Origin: an uncultured Gammaproteobacteria bacterium
Lineage (GTDB): Bacteria > Pseudomonadota > Gammaproteobacteria > JAURND01
Assembly (NCBI GenBank): GCA_963714975.1
Contig: CAVQQD010000002.1
Span: forward strand, 608,001-672,000
Reading direction: 5' to 3'
DNA length: 64,000 nt
Shown here: positions 31,793-43,416 of the stretch, in pieces
Layout of the letters: every line of letters starts with the position of its first letter
Numbering within the stretch: position 1 is the first letter of the stretch
Made by a program: the position numbers and the translations under genes
The notes under the pieces: model-generated
The model's input: the letters and a program-made list of their open reading frames with translations, nothing else
Told to the model about the DNA's origin: nothing
Database searches by the model: none

Positions 31793-33029
31793 TTACACTT
31801 TAAATTTTGGACCGCAGCATCCTGCGGCACATGGTGTGTTGCGCTTGGTATTAGAAGTGGATGGGGAGGTCATTATGAAGGCCGATCCCCATATTGGTTT
31901 ACTGCATCGGGCTACGGAAAAATTGGCTGAAACCAAGCCTTATAATCAAAATATTGGTTATATGGATCGCCTCGATTATGTTTCCATGATGTGCAATGAA
32001 CAGGCCTATGTGATGGCCATCGAGAAACTTTTAGGCGTTACTCCCCCCATCCGTGCCGAATATATTCGCACGATGTTTGCTGAAATTACCCGGATCTTGA
32101 ATCATTTATTATGGCTAGGCGCACATGCGCTAGACCTTGGGGCGATGACCGTTTTTCTCTATTGCTTTCGTGAGCGCGAAGATTTGCTGGATTGTTATGA
32201 AGCGGTTTCAGGCGCCAGGATGCACGCAACTTATTTTCGTCCCGGGGGCGTCTATCGAGATTTGCCGCAGAAAATGCCTGAATATAAGCCTGTTCCTTGG
32301 CGTAGCCAACGGGATATGGCTGAAATTAACCGCAACCGCCAAGGTTCTTTGCTCGATTTTATTTGGGATTTTAGCGAGCGGTTTCCTAAGTTGCTTGATC
32401 AATATGAAGAACTCTTAACCGAAAATCGCATTTGGAAGCAACGTACCGTCGGGATCGGGGTGGTGACTGCGGAGCGAGCCATCGAATTAGGCTTTACCGG
32501 TCCCATGCTACGTGGTTCTGGAGTCGAGTGGGATTTACGCAAAACCCAGCCGTATAGTATTTATGAGCAGTTAGATTTTGCGATCCCGCTTGGAAAAGTC
32601 GGCGACTGTTATGACCGTTATTTAGTGCGCATGGAAGAAATGCGTCAATCTAACGCTATGATTCGCCAATGTGTGCAATGGCTAGAACGAAATCCGGGTC
32701 CAGTGATGATCGATGATCCGAAAATAGCCCCTCCAAAGCGGGAAGTAATGAAACGCGATATGGAAGCCATGATCCATCATTTTAAGCTATTTACTGAGGG
32801 TTATTGCCTTCCCCCTGGCGAGGTGTATGCGGCGGTTGAGCAACCCAAGGGAGAGTTTGGTATTTACTTAATATCTGATGGGGCCAACAAACCGTATCGA
32901 GTCAAGATTCGACCTGCAGGATTTCCTCATTTAGCCGCTCTGGATGAATTGTGTCGTGGTCATATGATTGCTGATGTTGTCGCTATTTTATCGAGTTTGG
33001 ATATTGTGTTTGGAGAGATCGATCGATGA
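31776..33029 (+). CDS. nuoD: NADH-quinone oxidoreductase subunit D
   Basis: [26 protein letters not shown]. Confidence 0.98.
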   Translation: MTEIRNYTLNFGPQHPAAHGVLRLVLEVDGEVIMKADPHIGLLHRATEKLAETKPYNQNIGYMDRLDYVSMMCNEQAYVMAIEKLLGVTPPIRAEYIRTMFAEITRILNHLLWLGAHALDLGAMTVFLYCFREREDLLDCYEAVSGARMHATYFRPGGVYRDLPQKMPEYKPVPWRSQRDMAEINRNRQGSLLDFIWDFSERFPKLLDQYEELLTENRIWKQRTVGIGVVTAERAIELGFTGPMLRGSGVEWDLRKTQPYSIYEQLDFAIPLGKVGDCYDRYLVRMEEMRQSNAMIRQCVQWLERNPGPVMIDDPKIAPPKREVMKRDMEAMIHHFKLFTEGYCLPPGEVYAAVEQPKGEFGIYLISDGANKPYRVKIRPAGFPHLAALDELCRGHMIADVVAILSSLDIVFGEIDR

Positions 33030-33544
33030 GTGAAGTGAAAGAATTGCTTATTTCTGCGCCCGTGCGCGCTGAAATAGAGCAATGGATGCGGAAATATCCG
33101 CCAGAACGTAAACGTTCGGCTCTGTTATTTGCCCTGCGTCGAGTCCAAGAACAAAATGGCGGTTGGTTAAGTGTGGAATTAATGGATGCGGTCGCTGATT
33201 TTTTAGAATTGCCGAAAATTGCTGTTTATGAAGTCGCTACTTTTTACAGCATGTATGATTTAAAACCGGTAGGCAGGCACAAAATTGATGTCTGTAATAA
33301 CATTTCCTGTATGCTCAATGATTCGGAAAAAATTATCGAACATCTTGAGCAACGTCTTGGGATTGGCGTGGGTGAAACTTCTGCCGATGGCTTATTTACT
33401 TTAAATGAGGTGGAATGTTTAGCGGCGTGTGTCCATGCGCCGGTATTACAGCTTGATGATACAGTTTATTATGAAAATATGAGCTTAGAAAAGGTTGATG
33501 CCTTGATTGATGAGATTCGGGCGGTGGAGGCAAAAGATGCCTAA
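33026..33544 (+). CDS. nuoE: NADH-quinone oxidoreductase subunit E
   Basis: [20 protein letters not shown]. Confidence 0.96.
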   Translation: MSEVKELLISAPVRAEIEQWMRKYPPERKRSALLFALRRVQEQNGGWLSVELMDAVADFLELPKIAVYEVATFYSMYDLKPVGRHKIDVCNNISCMLNDSEKIIEHLEQRLGIGVGETSADGLFTLNEVECLAACVHAPVLQLDDTVYYENMSLEKVDALIDEIRAVEAKDA

Positions 33545-34808
33545 TGCTGTTTGTTTTCGCAGCTTACATTTAGATCAGCCCTGGACTTTGCGAACTTATG
33601 AGAGTATTGGCGGCTATGCACAATGGCGCAAAATTCTCCGCGAAAAAACCCCACCAGAATCGATCATTGAGGAATTGAAAAAAGCTTCGTTGCGGGGGCG
33701 TGGTGGCGCTGGATTTCCTACAGGGTTGAAATGGAGTTTTATTCGACGTGATACGCCAGGACAAAAATATGTGTTATGTAATTCCGACGAAGGGGAACCT
33801 GGCACTTGTAAAGATCGGGATATTCTGCGTTATAACCCCCATCAAGTACTCGAAGGCATGGCGATTGCTGGCTATGTGATGGGTGCGACGATTGGTTATC
33901 ATTATTTGCGCGGTGAATTTTGGGAGATGTTTAATCGTTGCGAGCAAGCTTTGGAAGATGCGCGTGCCGCCGGTTTATTTGGTAAAAATATTTTAGGTTC
34001 TGGCATTGATTTTGATCTGCACCATCATTTGGGCGCGGGTGCGTATATTTGTGGTGAAGAAACCGCGTTGATGGAGTCTTTAGAAGGTAAAAAAGGTTTT
34101 CCACGTTTTAAGCCGCCTTTTCCTGCGACTTATGGCATTTATGGTTGCCCGACGACGGTAAATAACACCGAAACCTTTGCTTCGATTCCAGTGATTTTAG
34201 AAAAGGGCAGTGATTGGTTTTTGCAATTGGGTAAACCCAATAATGGTGGTGAAAAGATTTTTTGTGTCAGCGGTCATGTCAATAAACCTGGAAATTATGA
34301 GTTGCCCTTGGGCATTCCTTTTCCAGAATTGTTAGAAATTGCTGGCGGTGTTCGGCATGGACGGGCGCTGAAAGCGGTGATCCCAGGGGGTACTTCGATG
34401 AAAGTCCTGCCTGCGTCTATCATCATGCAGACCTCGATGGATTATGATAGCTTGATGCAGGCGGGGTCGATGATTGGTACCGCCGCTGTGATTGTGATGG
34501 ATGAAACCACTTGTATGGTGCGAGCGCTGAGAAATATTTCTACGTTCTACAAGAAGGAATCGTGTGGACAGTGTACGCCCTGCCGGGAGGGGAGTGGCTG
34601 GATTATGCGCATTGTTTGTCGGATTGAGGAAGGTCGAGGCGAACCCGACGATTTACAACGACTAGCTGAGGTGGCTAAAGGTATCGAGGGGCGCACCATC
34701 TGTGCTTTTGGTGAGGCCACTGCCTGGCCTGTGGCGGGATTTTTAAGGCATTTTTACGATGAATTCGAATATCATATTAAGCATAAAAAGTGTCTGACTC
34801 ATGATTGA
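33537..34808 (+). CDS. nuoF: NADH-quinone oxidoreductase subunit F
   Basis: [40 protein letters not shown]. Confidence 0.97.
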   Translation: MPNAVCFRSLHLDQPWTLRTYESIGGYAQWRKILREKTPPESIIEELKKASLRGRGGAGFPTGLKWSFIRRDTPGQKYVLCNSDEGEPGTCKDRDILRYNPHQVLEGMAIAGYVMGATIGYHYLRGEFWEMFNRCEQALEDARAAGLFGKNILGSGIDFDLHHHLGAGAYICGEETALMESLEGKKGFPRFKPPFPATYGIYGCPTTVNNTETFASIPVILEKGSDWFLQLGKPNNGGEKIFCVSGHVNKPGNYELPLGIPFPELLEIAGGVRHGRALKAVIPGGTSMKVLPASIIMQTSMDYDSLMQAGSMIGTAAVIVMDETTCMVRALRNISTFYKKESCGQCTPCREGSGWIMRIVCRIEEGRGEPDDLQRLAEVAKGIEGRTICAFGEATAWPVAGFLRHFYDEFEYHIKHKKCLTHD

Positions 34809-37248
34809 ACTTGAAATAGACGGTCGAAAACTAAGCGCCAGGCAAGGCGAAATGATTATCCAAGTGGCGGATGAGGCAGGGATTTATATTCCGCGCTTTT
34901 GTTATCATAAACATCTGTCTATTGCAGCTAATTGCCGGATGTGTTTAGTTGAAGTTGAAAAAGCTCCTAAAACTTTGCCTGCTTGTGCCACTCCAGTAGC
35001 AGCGGGTATGAAAGTATTTACCCAGTCGGAAAAAACTATAGAGTCGCAGAAAAATGTGATGGAGTTTTTGCTGATTAATCATCCTCTTGATTGCCCGATT
35101 TGCGACCAAGGTGGCGAGTGTGAGTTACAAGATTTATCCATGGGTTATGGTAAAGGAGTTTCCCGTTATAACGAAAGAAAGCGCTCGTTCAAAGACACGA
35201 ACTTAGGACCATTAATTTCCTCCGAAATGACGCGCTGTATCCAATGTACCCGCTGCGTCCGTTTTGGCGCTGAAGTGGCAGGAATGCGCGAATTAGGTGC
35301 TACCAATCGGGGCGAGGTGATGGAAATTGGCACTTATGTCGAGCATGTGATCCAATCCGAAGTCTCCGGTAATATCATTGATCTTTGCCCAGTTGGCGCA
35401 TTGACCTCTAAACCTTATCGATTTACTGCCAGAGCTTGGGAAATGAAACAGCATCCTGCTATTGCTCCTCATGATTGTCTTGGTTCTAATATTTTTATTC
35501 ATAGCCGTGGTGAAGAATATAGTCCAGTTCGTCAGGTGATGCGCGTAGTGCCGAGGGAAAACTCGAGTATTAACGAAGTGTGGTTGGCCGATCGTGATCG
35601 CTATAGTTATGAAGGAATTCATAGTGAAAATCGCGTCACTCAGCCATTAATTAAACAGGGGGGAGTGTGGCAAGAAACCTCCTGGGAACAGGCATTGCAG
35701 CATGTGGTGGAATACCTGCGAGCAGCCGGACCGACGCAGATGGGAGCTTTAATCAGCCCAAGTGCCACCGTGGAAGAGCACTATTTATTGCAGAAATTGC
35801 TGCGGGGAAGTGGTTGCCATAATATCGATCATCGTCTCCAACAAACTGATTTTAGCGATCAAGAATACAGCCCCCTCTACCCGTCCTTAGGATTACCTAT
35901 TGCGGAATTAGAACAATTAGAGGCATTTTTCTTGATTGGCGCTGATGTGCGGATGGAGCAGCCCTTAGCAAATATTCGCTTGCGTAAAGCAGCATTAAAA
36001 GGCGCAACGACTTTGCTGGCTAATCCGATGCATTATGACAGCAATTTTCCGGTGACCGAATCCTGGTTAGCGGCAGGGCCGGATTTAATTAATGTCTTGG
36101 CCAAAATACTGAAAGCACTGCAAGAACAATCAAGCTATCAACTGCCTGAATCACTACGCGTCTCGCTAGATTCCGTGACTCCTGGTGAGGTCGAACAGGC
36201 CGCAGCGACGAAATGGTTACAAGCAGAAAAAAAAGCAATTTTATTAGGTGCTTATGCTCTCAATCACCCCCAAGCTTCCCTAGTGCGGCACTTGAGTTAC
36301 GCTATTGCACAGTGTAGCCAGGCAAGCTGGGGGGTTTTTTCAACCGGGGCTAATAGTGCTGGTGCCCATCTGGCGGGTGCAGTGCCGCATCGCGGAGTAG
36401 ATGGTGAAAATTTAGCTAACCCTGGTCTTAATGCACGCAGCCTCTTTGAGAAGCCGTTACCGATTTATATCCTCTTCAATGTCGAACCCGAATTGGATTG
36501 TGCCGACTCTGCTGCTGCTCTGCGAGGGTTAAGTGCAGCAGATAAGGTGATTAGCCTAGCGACCCACCGAGGAGGCGCGATGGAGGAATATGCTGATGTG
36601 ATTTTACCGATTGCCAGTTTTGCAGAGAATTCAGGGACCTATGTTAATGCTGAAGGTTGCTGGCAATCGATGATAGCAGCGGTGTTACCGCTTGGTAAAG
36701 CGCTGCCAGGGTGGAGGTTATTAGCGAATTTAGGGAGTTTATTAGAATTACCGGGTTTTGATTATGTTGCCGCTGAAGTGGTGCGGGATGAACTGAAAGG
36801 GAAGTTGGAGAATATTAGTTTTGTGGATCCACTATCAGAGACGGCCGCGCTGAGCCGAAGGGGTGGCGCGTTGGGCAACCATGCCGCGCGCAGCGTGCGA
36901 GCACGGCAGGTGCCCGAGCGACAGGACCCCGTAGGCGGGGACCGGCTACGGCTCTTATATAGAATCACCGAATGGCCGATGTATCGGATAGACAGTATGG
37001 TTCGAAATGCAAAATCCTTGCAAGCAACCTTATCGGCAGAGCTTGCAGCCATACGCATTCATCCCCAATTGGCCAATGAATTACAGCTCAAAGCAGGGGA
37101 GTGGGTCACGGCAATTCAAGAGGGCAGCGAGGTGAAACTAAAATTAATCCTCGACGAGCGCATTGCTCCAGGGTATGTTGCTATTCCAGCCGGCCTTGAA
37201 GCCACCGCCGGATTTGGTGATGCGATGGGGGAGATTGAGTTAATGTAG
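34801..37248 (+). CDS. nuoG: NADH-quinone oxidoreductase subunit G with a GC-rich in-frame insert at about 36837-36955
   Basis: [33 protein letters not shown]. Confidence 0.97.
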   Translation: MIELEIDGRKLSARQGEMIIQVADEAGIYIPRFCYHKHLSIAANCRMCLVEVEKAPKTLPACATPVAAGMKVFTQSEKTIESQKNVMEFLLINHPLDCPICDQGGECELQDLSMGYGKGVSRYNERKRSFKDTNLGPLISSEMTRCIQCTRCVRFGAEVAGMRELGATNRGEVMEIGTYVEHVIQSEVSGNIIDLCPVGALTSKPYRFTARAWEMKQHPAIAPHDCLGSNIFIHSRGEEYSPVRQVMRVVPRENSSINEVWLADRDRYSYEGIHSENRVTQPLIKQGGVWQETSWEQALQHVVEYLRAAGPTQMGALISPSATVEEHYLLQKLLRGSGCHNIDHRLQQTDFSDQEYSPLYPSLGLPIAELEQLEAFFLIGADVRMEQPLANIRLRKAALKGATTLLANPMHYDSNFPVTESWLAAGPDLINVLAKILKALQEQSSYQLPESLRVSLDSVTPGEVEQAAATKWLQAEKKAILLGAYALNHPQASLVRHLSYAIAQCSQASWGVFSTGANSAGAHLAGAVPHRGVDGENLANPGLNARSLFEKPLPIYILFNVEPELDCADSAAALRGLSAADKVISLATHRGGAMEEYADVILPIASFAENSGTYVNAEGCWQSMIAAVLPLGKALPGWRLLANLGSLLELPGFDYVAAEVVRDELKGKLENISFVDPLSETAALSRRGGALGNHAARSVRARQVPERQDPVGGDRLRLLYRITEWPMYRIDSMVRNAKSLQATLSAELAAIRIHPQLANELQLKAGEWVTAIQEGSEVKLKLILDERIAPGYVAIPAGLEATAGFGDAMGEIELM

Positions 37249-37357
37249 CCCCTTGTCCCCTCTCCCCCGCCAAAATCCCCCCTATCCCCTTTGCAAAAGG
37301 GGGGTAGGGGAGGGATTTGGAAGGTGGGAGAGGGGGTATAATCTAGAGGTATAAACT

Positions 37358-38386
37358 TTGCTACAACAATTATTACTTATAATCTGGATAGTAATAAAAA
37401 TTCTGGTATTAGTACTCTGCTTGTTTGCTGCTGTCGCCTATTTAATGCTAGCGGAGCGCAAGGTTGTGGGCTATATGCAATGCCGCATTGGACCTAATCG
37501 GGTTGGGATCATGGGATTAGGCCAACCCATTGCTGATATCATTAAATTATTATGTAAAGAAATTATCATTCCTTCCGCTTCGAATCGTTATTTGTTTATT
37601 ATTGCCCCCATCTTAACTCTGGCTCCCGCAATGGTTGCTTGGGTAGTCATTCCTTTCGACCAAGGTTACGCGTTAGCCAATATCAATGCCGGACTGTTGT
37701 TTTTGTTCTCCATGACCTCACTTGGAGTTTATGGCATTTTAGTTTCGGGTTGGGCTGCCAACTCCAAGTATTCCTTATTTGGAGCCTTACGTGCTTCGGC
37801 GCAGACTATCTCTTATGAAATTCCGATGGGGTTTGCTTTGGTAGGAGTCTTACTAGCCGCCAATAGTATGAATTTGCAGGATATTGTTTTGAAGCAGAGC
37901 GGGGGAATTTGGCACTGGTTTTTCTTGCCCCTGTTGCCATTATTTGTGGCTTATTGGATTTCTGCTTTGGCAGAGACTAATCGCTTGCCCTTCGATGTGG
38001 CGGAAGGAGAATCCGAAATTGTGGCAGGATTTCATGTGGAATATTCTGGAATGTCCTTTGCGCTCTTTTTCTTAGCAGAATATGCTAACATGATTTTGAT
38101 TTCAGCCATTGCTTCGTTATTGTTCTTAGGTGGATGGTTATCTCCCTTCGAAGGGATCCCGATATTGGGGAACTTTTTTGCTTGGGTTCCTGGAATCATT
38201 TGGCTGTTGGGCAAAATGGCTATGTTTTTATTTCTTTATTTATGGATTCGCGCTACTTTTCCGCGTTATCGCTACGACCAAATTATGTATCTCGGCTGGA
38301 AGGTGTTAATCCCCGTCACTCTGATCTGGATTTTGCTGGTTGCGGCGGCAGTGCAATTCCAGGTACCCCCTTGGTTTATTGGTTGA
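37358..38386 (+). CDS. nuoH: NADH-quinone oxidoreductase subunit H
   Basis: [35 protein letters not shown]. Confidence 0.97.
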   Translation: MLQQLLLIIWIVIKILVLVLCLFAAVAYLMLAERKVVGYMQCRIGPNRVGIMGLGQPIADIIKLLCKEIIIPSASNRYLFIIAPILTLAPAMVAWVVIPFDQGYALANINAGLLFLFSMTSLGVYGILVSGWAANSKYSLFGALRASAQTISYEIPMGFALVGVLLAANSMNLQDIVLKQSGGIWHWFFLPLLPLFVAYWISALAETNRLPFDVAEGESEIVAGFHVEYSGMSFALFFLAEYANMILISAIASLLFLGGWLSPFEGIPILGNFFAWVPGIIWLLGKMAMFLFLYLWIRATFPRYRYDQIMYLGWKVLIPVTLIWILLVAAAVQFQVPPWFIG

Positions 38387-38393
38387 TTGAAAC

Positions 38394-38903
38394 ATGAACG
38401 TTGCAAATAAATTTCTCCATGTACTACTGCAGTGGCTCAAGCGCTTTTCGTTGTGGGAGTTATTTAAAGGGCTATCAGTGACCGGACGTTATTTTTTTAC
38501 TCCCAAGGTCACGATTCAATATCCTGAAGAAGAAACCCCGACTTCGCCGCGTTTCCGAGGGATGTTGGCCTTGCGTCGTTACCCCAATGGCGAAGAACGT
38601 TGCATTGCTTGTAAACTGTGTGAGGCAGTTTGCCCGGCTTTGGCCATTACGATTGAGGCTGAACCTCGTGAGGATGGTTCGCGTCGCACGACTAAATATG
38701 AAATTGATGTTTTCAAATGCATTAATTGTGGTTTCTGTGAGGAAGCCTGCCCCGTCGATGCGATTGTTTTAACGCGTGAAATGCATTATCACCAAGAAAA
38801 TCGTGGTGAAAATATTCAAACTAAAGAAAAATTATTGGCATTAGGGGATATGTATGAACAGCAAATCGCCGAAGATCGAAAGGATGACGGAGATTATCGT
38901 TGA
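38394..38903 (+). CDS. nuoI: NADH-quinone oxidoreductase subunit I
   Basis: [12 protein letters not shown] and [12 protein letters not shown]. Confidence 0.98.
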   Translation: MNVANKFLHVLLQWLKRFSLWELFKGLSVTGRYFFTPKVTIQYPEEETPTSPRFRGMLALRRYPNGEERCIACKLCEAVCPALAITIEAEPREDGSRRTTKYEIDVFKCINCGFCEEACPVDAIVLTREMHYHQENRGENIQTKEKLLALGDMYEQQIAEDRKDDGDYR

Positions 38904-39502
38904 TGACGGTTTTAGAATTACTTTTCTATGGCTTTGCCGCCCTGGTGTTATTTTCAGCCGTGATGGTCATCACCTCACGCTATCCAGTGCGCGCGGTATT
39001 ATTTCTAGTGTTGACTTTTTTTGCCAGCGCTGTGCTATGGATGATGTTACACGCAGAATTTCTTGCTCTAGTGTTAATTTTTGTCTATGTCGGTGCTGTC
39101 ATGACCTTGTTTTTATTTGTGGTGATGATGTTAAATTTAGATATTGTGCCGCGACAAAAACAGTGGGTGAAATTCCTGCCGTTGGCGTTGTTGATTATTG
39201 GCGTACTGTTACTCCTCATGCTGTGGGCACTGCAGCCGCATTTCTTTTCTAATCAGGACTACCCTTGGATATCACAACCAGAAAATTACAGTAATGTTAA
39301 ACAGCTAGGGGCGCTGTTGTATACCGACTATATGTATCCGTTTGAATTAGCTGCAGCACTGCTTTTAGTGGCGATTATTGCGGCCATCAGTTTGGTATTT
39401 CGGGGCAAACATGGCAGTAAGGCTCAGTCAGTCAGTCAACAGGTTGCTACTCGCCCTCAGGATCGTCTCCGTATAACTAAACATCTGCAGAGAAAACGAT
39501 GA
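38900..39502 (+). CDS. nuoJ: NADH-quinone oxidoreductase subunit J
   Basis: [28 protein letters not shown]. Confidence 0.95.
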   Translation: MMTVLELLFYGFAALVLFSAVMVITSRYPVRAVLFLVLTFFASAVLWMMLHAEFLALVLIFVYVGAVMTLFLFVVMMLNLDIVPRQKQWVKFLPLALLIIGVLLLLMLWALQPHFFSNQDYPWISQPENYSNVKQLGALLYTDYMYPFELAAALLLVAIIAAISLVFRGKHGSKAQSVSQQVATRPQDRLRITKHLQRKR

Positions 39503-39804
39503 TTTCCTTGTCCCATTACTTAATATTGAGCGCGATCTTGTTTGTATTGAGTATGGCGGGTATTGTACTTAACCGCCGTAATTTAATTGTGCTGTTGATG
39601 TGTATTGAGCTGATGCTCTTAGCTGTTAATACTAATTTAATTGCCTTTTCACATTTTTTGCAAAATGAAAGTGGCGAAATATTTGTGTTTTTTATTTTAA
39701 CGGTGGCCGCGGCGGAATCAGCAATTGGATTGGCATTAATCGTGCTGTTTTTCCGCAATCGTGGCAGTATCCAAGTAGATGAAATGCGGTCCTTGAAAGG
39801 TTAA
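39499..39804 (+). CDS. nuoK: NADH-quinone oxidoreductase subunit K
   Basis: [20 protein letters not shown]. Confidence 0.97.
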   Translation: MISLSHYLILSAILFVLSMAGIVLNRRNLIVLLMCIELMLLAVNTNLIAFSHFLQNESGEIFVFFILTVAAAESAIGLALIVLFFRNRGSIQVDEMRSLKG

Positions 39805-39806
39805 AC

Positions 39807-41774
39807 ATGCAATCGGCTATTTATACTATTTCATTACTGATTATATTATTGCCGCTATTAGGAGCTGCGATTGCGGGAATTTTTGGCCACTTTATTGGTC
39901 GTGCCGCATCCCATTGGGTCACTATTTTGGGTGTGGCTTTATCTTTTATGGGTTCCATTTATTTATTTTATGCGATGGTATTAGGTGACGTCGCACCTAT
40001 GGATCGTTTTATTTATACCTGGGGGATTAGTGGCAGTTATTATTTGGGTGTAGGTATTTTAGTGGATCAATTGACAGCGGTGATGATCACTACGGTCACT
40101 TTTGTCTCTTTATTAGTCCACATTTACAGCATTGGTTATATGAAAGAGGATTCGGGATATCAGCGCTTTTTTGCGTACATGTCTTTATTTACCTTTTTTA
40201 TGCTGGTGTTGGTAATGGCCAATAATTTTTTACTATTATTTTTTGGCTGGGAAGGGGTGGGATTAGTTTCCTATTTGTTGATTGGCTTTTGGTTTCAACG
40301 AGAATCTGCTGCTCAGGGTGGCTTAAAAGCGTTTGTGGTCAACCGCGTCGGAGATTTTGGCTTTATTTTAGGTATTGCTGGCATTGTCGCTTATTTGGGG
40401 GTATTAGATTACCAAGAAGTATTTAGACGGGCACCTGAATTAATCAATGAGACTCTAGCCATTACTTCACATATTCATTGGTCCGTCATTACCGTCATTT
40501 GCTTGTTATTATTTGTCGGCGCCATGGGGAAGTCAGCGCAACTGCCGTTACATGTTTGGCTGCCAGAATCGATGGAAGGTCCCACGCCGATTTCTGCCTT
40601 AATTCATGCGGCTACCATGGTCACCGCGGGGGTGTATATGGTGGCTCGTCTTTCTCCATTGTTTGAATTGTCTGCAGTGGCTTTGAGTGTTGTGTTAGTG
40701 GTAGGCGCGAGTGGAGCGTTATTTTTAGGTATTGTTGCTTTGGTACAAAATGATATTAAACGCGTCATTGCCTATTCGACCATGTCGCAGTTAGGTTATA
40801 TGATGGCAGCCAATGGGGTGTCGGCTTTTTCTGCGGGCATATTTCATTTAGTCACCCATGCTTGTTTTAAAGCCTTATTATTCCTGGCGGCAGGTTCAGT
40901 GTTGATTGCTTTGCACCATGAACAAGATATGCGGCGCATGGGCGGGTTGCGCAAATACATGCCGGTCACTTATCTGATGTTTTTAATTGGGGCTTTGGCT
41001 TTAGCGGCTTTGCCTCCTTTTGCAGGCTTTTATTCAAAAGATGCCATTATTGAAGCAGTACAAAATGCCAATCTTCCGGGAGCACGATATGCTTATACCT
41101 GTCTACTCTGGGGCGCTTTCGTAACTGCCTTATATATTTTTCGTGCTTTTTTCTTAACTTTTCATACTCAAGAACGTTTTGATCCCCATTTACGTGAGCA
41201 GGTCCAAGAAACTTCAGCAGTGGTGCTGGTGCCCTTGATCGTTTTAGCGATTCCCTCCATGTTGTTGGGGATATTAATGGCGGAGCCAATGTTGTATAAC
41301 TTTTTTCCTTTGTTGGGAAATAGTGTTTTAGTATTGCCACAATATAATTTTTTTAGCCAAGTTATTGCTGAGTATCATGGCACATTAAATGCTGCGTTAA
41401 CCTCGGTTTTTCATTGGCCTTTTTGGTTTTCTGTAGCCGGAATTTTTGTCGCCTGGTTAAGTTATGTTCGTTTTCCTAAGTTCCCAGCTTGGTGTGCTGA
41501 ACGAGCGCGATTAGTCTATTTGATATTAGTGAATAAATATGGCTTTGATGCCTTCAATGACTGGTTATTTGTACGCGGAGGGCTTAAACTTAGCCACTTT
41601 TTCTTTGATTTTGCGGATGTAAAGTTAATTGATGGAATTCTTGTTGATGGTTCAGGACGCGAGGTTACTCGTCTTTCTGCCCTGTTGCGCCGTTTACAAT
41701 CGGGTTACCTCTACCATTATGCTTTAGCGATGGTGCTTGGGTTAATTTTATTTTTGGTATGGTTTTTTATCTAA
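39807..41774 (+). CDS. nuoL: NADH-quinone oxidoreductase subunit L
   Basis: GWEGVGL, NRVGD, GKSAQLPLHVWLP..MEGPTPISALIHAATMV. Confidence 0.98.
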   Translation: MQSAIYTISLLIILLPLLGAAIAGIFGHFIGRAASHWVTILGVALSFMGSIYLFYAMVLGDVAPMDRFIYTWGISGSYYLGVGILVDQLTAVMITTVTFVSLLVHIYSIGYMKEDSGYQRFFAYMSLFTFFMLVLVMANNFLLLFFGWEGVGLVSYLLIGFWFQRESAAQGGLKAFVVNRVGDFGFILGIAGIVAYLGVLDYQEVFRRAPELINETLAITSHIHWSVITVICLLLFVGAMGKSAQLPLHVWLPESMEGPTPISALIHAATMVTAGVYMVARLSPLFELSAVALSVVLVVGASGALFLGIVALVQNDIKRVIAYSTMSQLGYMMAANGVSAFSAGIFHLVTHACFKALLFLAAGSVLIALHHEQDMRRMGGLRKYMPVTYLMFLIGALALAALPPFAGFYSKDAIIEAVQNANLPGARYAYTCLLWGAFVTALYIFRAFFLTFHTQERFDPHLREQVQETSAVVLVPLIVLAIPSMLLGILMAEPMLYNFFPLLGNSVLVLPQYNFFSQVIAEYHGTLNAALTSVFHWPFWFSVAGIFVAWLSYVRFPKFPAWCAERARLVYLILVNKYGFDAFNDWLFVRGGLKLSHFFFDFADVKLIDGILVDGSGREVTRLSALLRRLQSGYLYHYALAMVLGLILFLVWFFI

Positions 41775-41826
41775 ATCCCCTCTCCCGCTTGCGGGAGAGG
41801 GATGTCCAATTATTCTAAGGTATAGC

Positions 41827-43350
41827 ATGTCCCAATGGCCTTTATTGAGTCTATTAATTTGGCTCCCAGTATTGGGTGGCATCGTCATCCTGGTTGCAGC
41901 AGGAAATGATCGTCACGCCATGTGGGCACGTTTTATCGCCTTAATTTTTTCTTTCAGCAGTATTGCGCTCTGTGTTCCTTTGTATCTCAATTTTGACGAA
42001 AGCACTTACTTATTGCAATTTCAAGAAAGTATTAGCTGGATTCCGGCCTATGGAGTGAAATATTCACTCGGGGTTGATGGAATTTCCATGCCGTTAGTGC
42101 TACTGACCGTATTTACCACTTTGTTAGTGGTTTTCTCCTCTTGGGAGACAGTGCATAAAAAAGTCGCACAATATCTAGCTACTTTTTTGATTATGCAAGG
42201 CATGGTGATTGGGGTATTTTCTGCGACAGATTCTTTATTGTTTTATATTTTTTGGGAAGGAATGCTGATTCCGATGTATCTGAGTATTGGTATTTGGGGG
42301 AGTGATAATCGATCCTATGCCGCGATTAAATTTTTTCTGTTTACTTTTTTAGGTTCGGCTTTAATGTTGGTGGCCTTCCTATATTTGCGTATCAAGGTCA
42401 ACAGTTTTAACATTTTTGCATTTTATGATGTGCCACTGACTATGCAAGAACAAATCCTGCTCTTTGTGGCTTTTTTACTGTCATTTGCGGTCAAAATTCC
42501 GATGTGGCCAGTGCATACTTGGCTTCCCGATGCGCATACCGAAGCCCCGGCCGGAGGTTCAGTGGTGTTAGCAGCCCTGATGTTAAAAATGGGTGCTTAT
42601 GGTTTTTTACGTTTTACTCTGCCCATTGCTCCCGATGCTTCTCGTGCGTTGGATTGGCTGATGATCGTCTTATCATTAATTGCCATCGTCTATATTGGTT
42701 TTATTGCGATTGCCCAAACCGATATGAAAAAACTTATTGCTTATTCCTCAGTAGCTCATATGGGTTTTGTGACTCTGGGATGTTTCATGATTTATATCAT
42801 TATTGAACGCGCTGGAAACTATGATGCTGCATTCATGAGTTTAGAGGGTGCTTTGGTACAAATGATTTCCCATGCCTTTGGTTCTGGGGCGATGTTTTTG
42901 AGTTTTGGGATGTTATATGAACGCTTGCATACGCGTTTGATTTCGCACTTTGGCGGCATCGCACGACCGATGCCAGTTTTTGCGGCCTTTTTTATGATCT
43001 TTGCTCTTTCAAACGTTGGCTTGCCAGGAACCTCGGGATTTGTCGGCGAGTTTTTAATTATTTTAGCCAGCTTTAAAGGCAATGTTTGGGTTGCCTTATT
43101 TGCAGCGACTACCTTAATCATTGGTTCGATTTATACTTTGTGGATGTATAAGCGAGTTTTCTATGGCCCAATTGTTAATGAAGGCGTGGCCATGCTGAAG
43201 GATGTTAATTTTCTGGAAGTCGTTATTTTTGTGTTAACTGCGGGTGCAGTATTCTTTATTGGTTTATATCCGGGACCGTTACTGTCTATTTTTCATAGCA
43301 CAGTGGGTCATTTATTAGAAATCAGTATGCGATCAAAGCTCGTGATTTAA
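41827..43350 (+). CDS. nuoM: NADH-quinone oxidoreductase subunit M
   Basis: GVDGIS, FWE, VKIPMWPVHTWLPDAHTEAP, KKLIAYSS. Confidence 0.98.
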   Translation: MSQWPLLSLLIWLPVLGGIVILVAAGNDRHAMWARFIALIFSFSSIALCVPLYLNFDESTYLLQFQESISWIPAYGVKYSLGVDGISMPLVLLTVFTTLLVVFSSWETVHKKVAQYLATFLIMQGMVIGVFSATDSLLFYIFWEGMLIPMYLSIGIWGSDNRSYAAIKFFLFTFLGSALMLVAFLYLRIKVNSFNIFAFYDVPLTMQEQILLFVAFLLSFAVKIPMWPVHTWLPDAHTEAPAGGSVVLAALMLKMGAYGFLRFTLPIAPDASRALDWLMIVLSLIAIVYIGFIAIAQTDMKKLIAYSSVAHMGFVTLGCFMIYIIIERAGNYDAAFMSLEGALVQMISHAFGSGAMFLSFGMLYERLHTRLISHFGGIARPMPVFAAFFMIFALSNVGLPGTSGFVGEFLIILASFKGNVWVALFAATTLIIGSIYTLWMYKRVFYGPIVNEGVAMLKDVNFLEVVIFVLTAGAVFFIGLYPGPLLSIFHSTVGHLLEISMRSKLVI

Positions 43351-43361
43351 GGATTATTATT

Positions 43362-43405
43362 CCTTCTCCCCTTGTGGGAGAAGGTGCCGAAGGCGGATGA
43401 GGGGT
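43362..43405. repeat. REP-like hairpin family CCTTCTCCC-N-GGGAGAAGG (representative copy)
   Basis: Related copies near 523-577, 8158-8214, 28836-28858, 37250-37337, 41777-41801, 44876-44898 and 57039-57064. Confidence 0.8.
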
Positions 43406-43416
43406 GAGTTATACCA

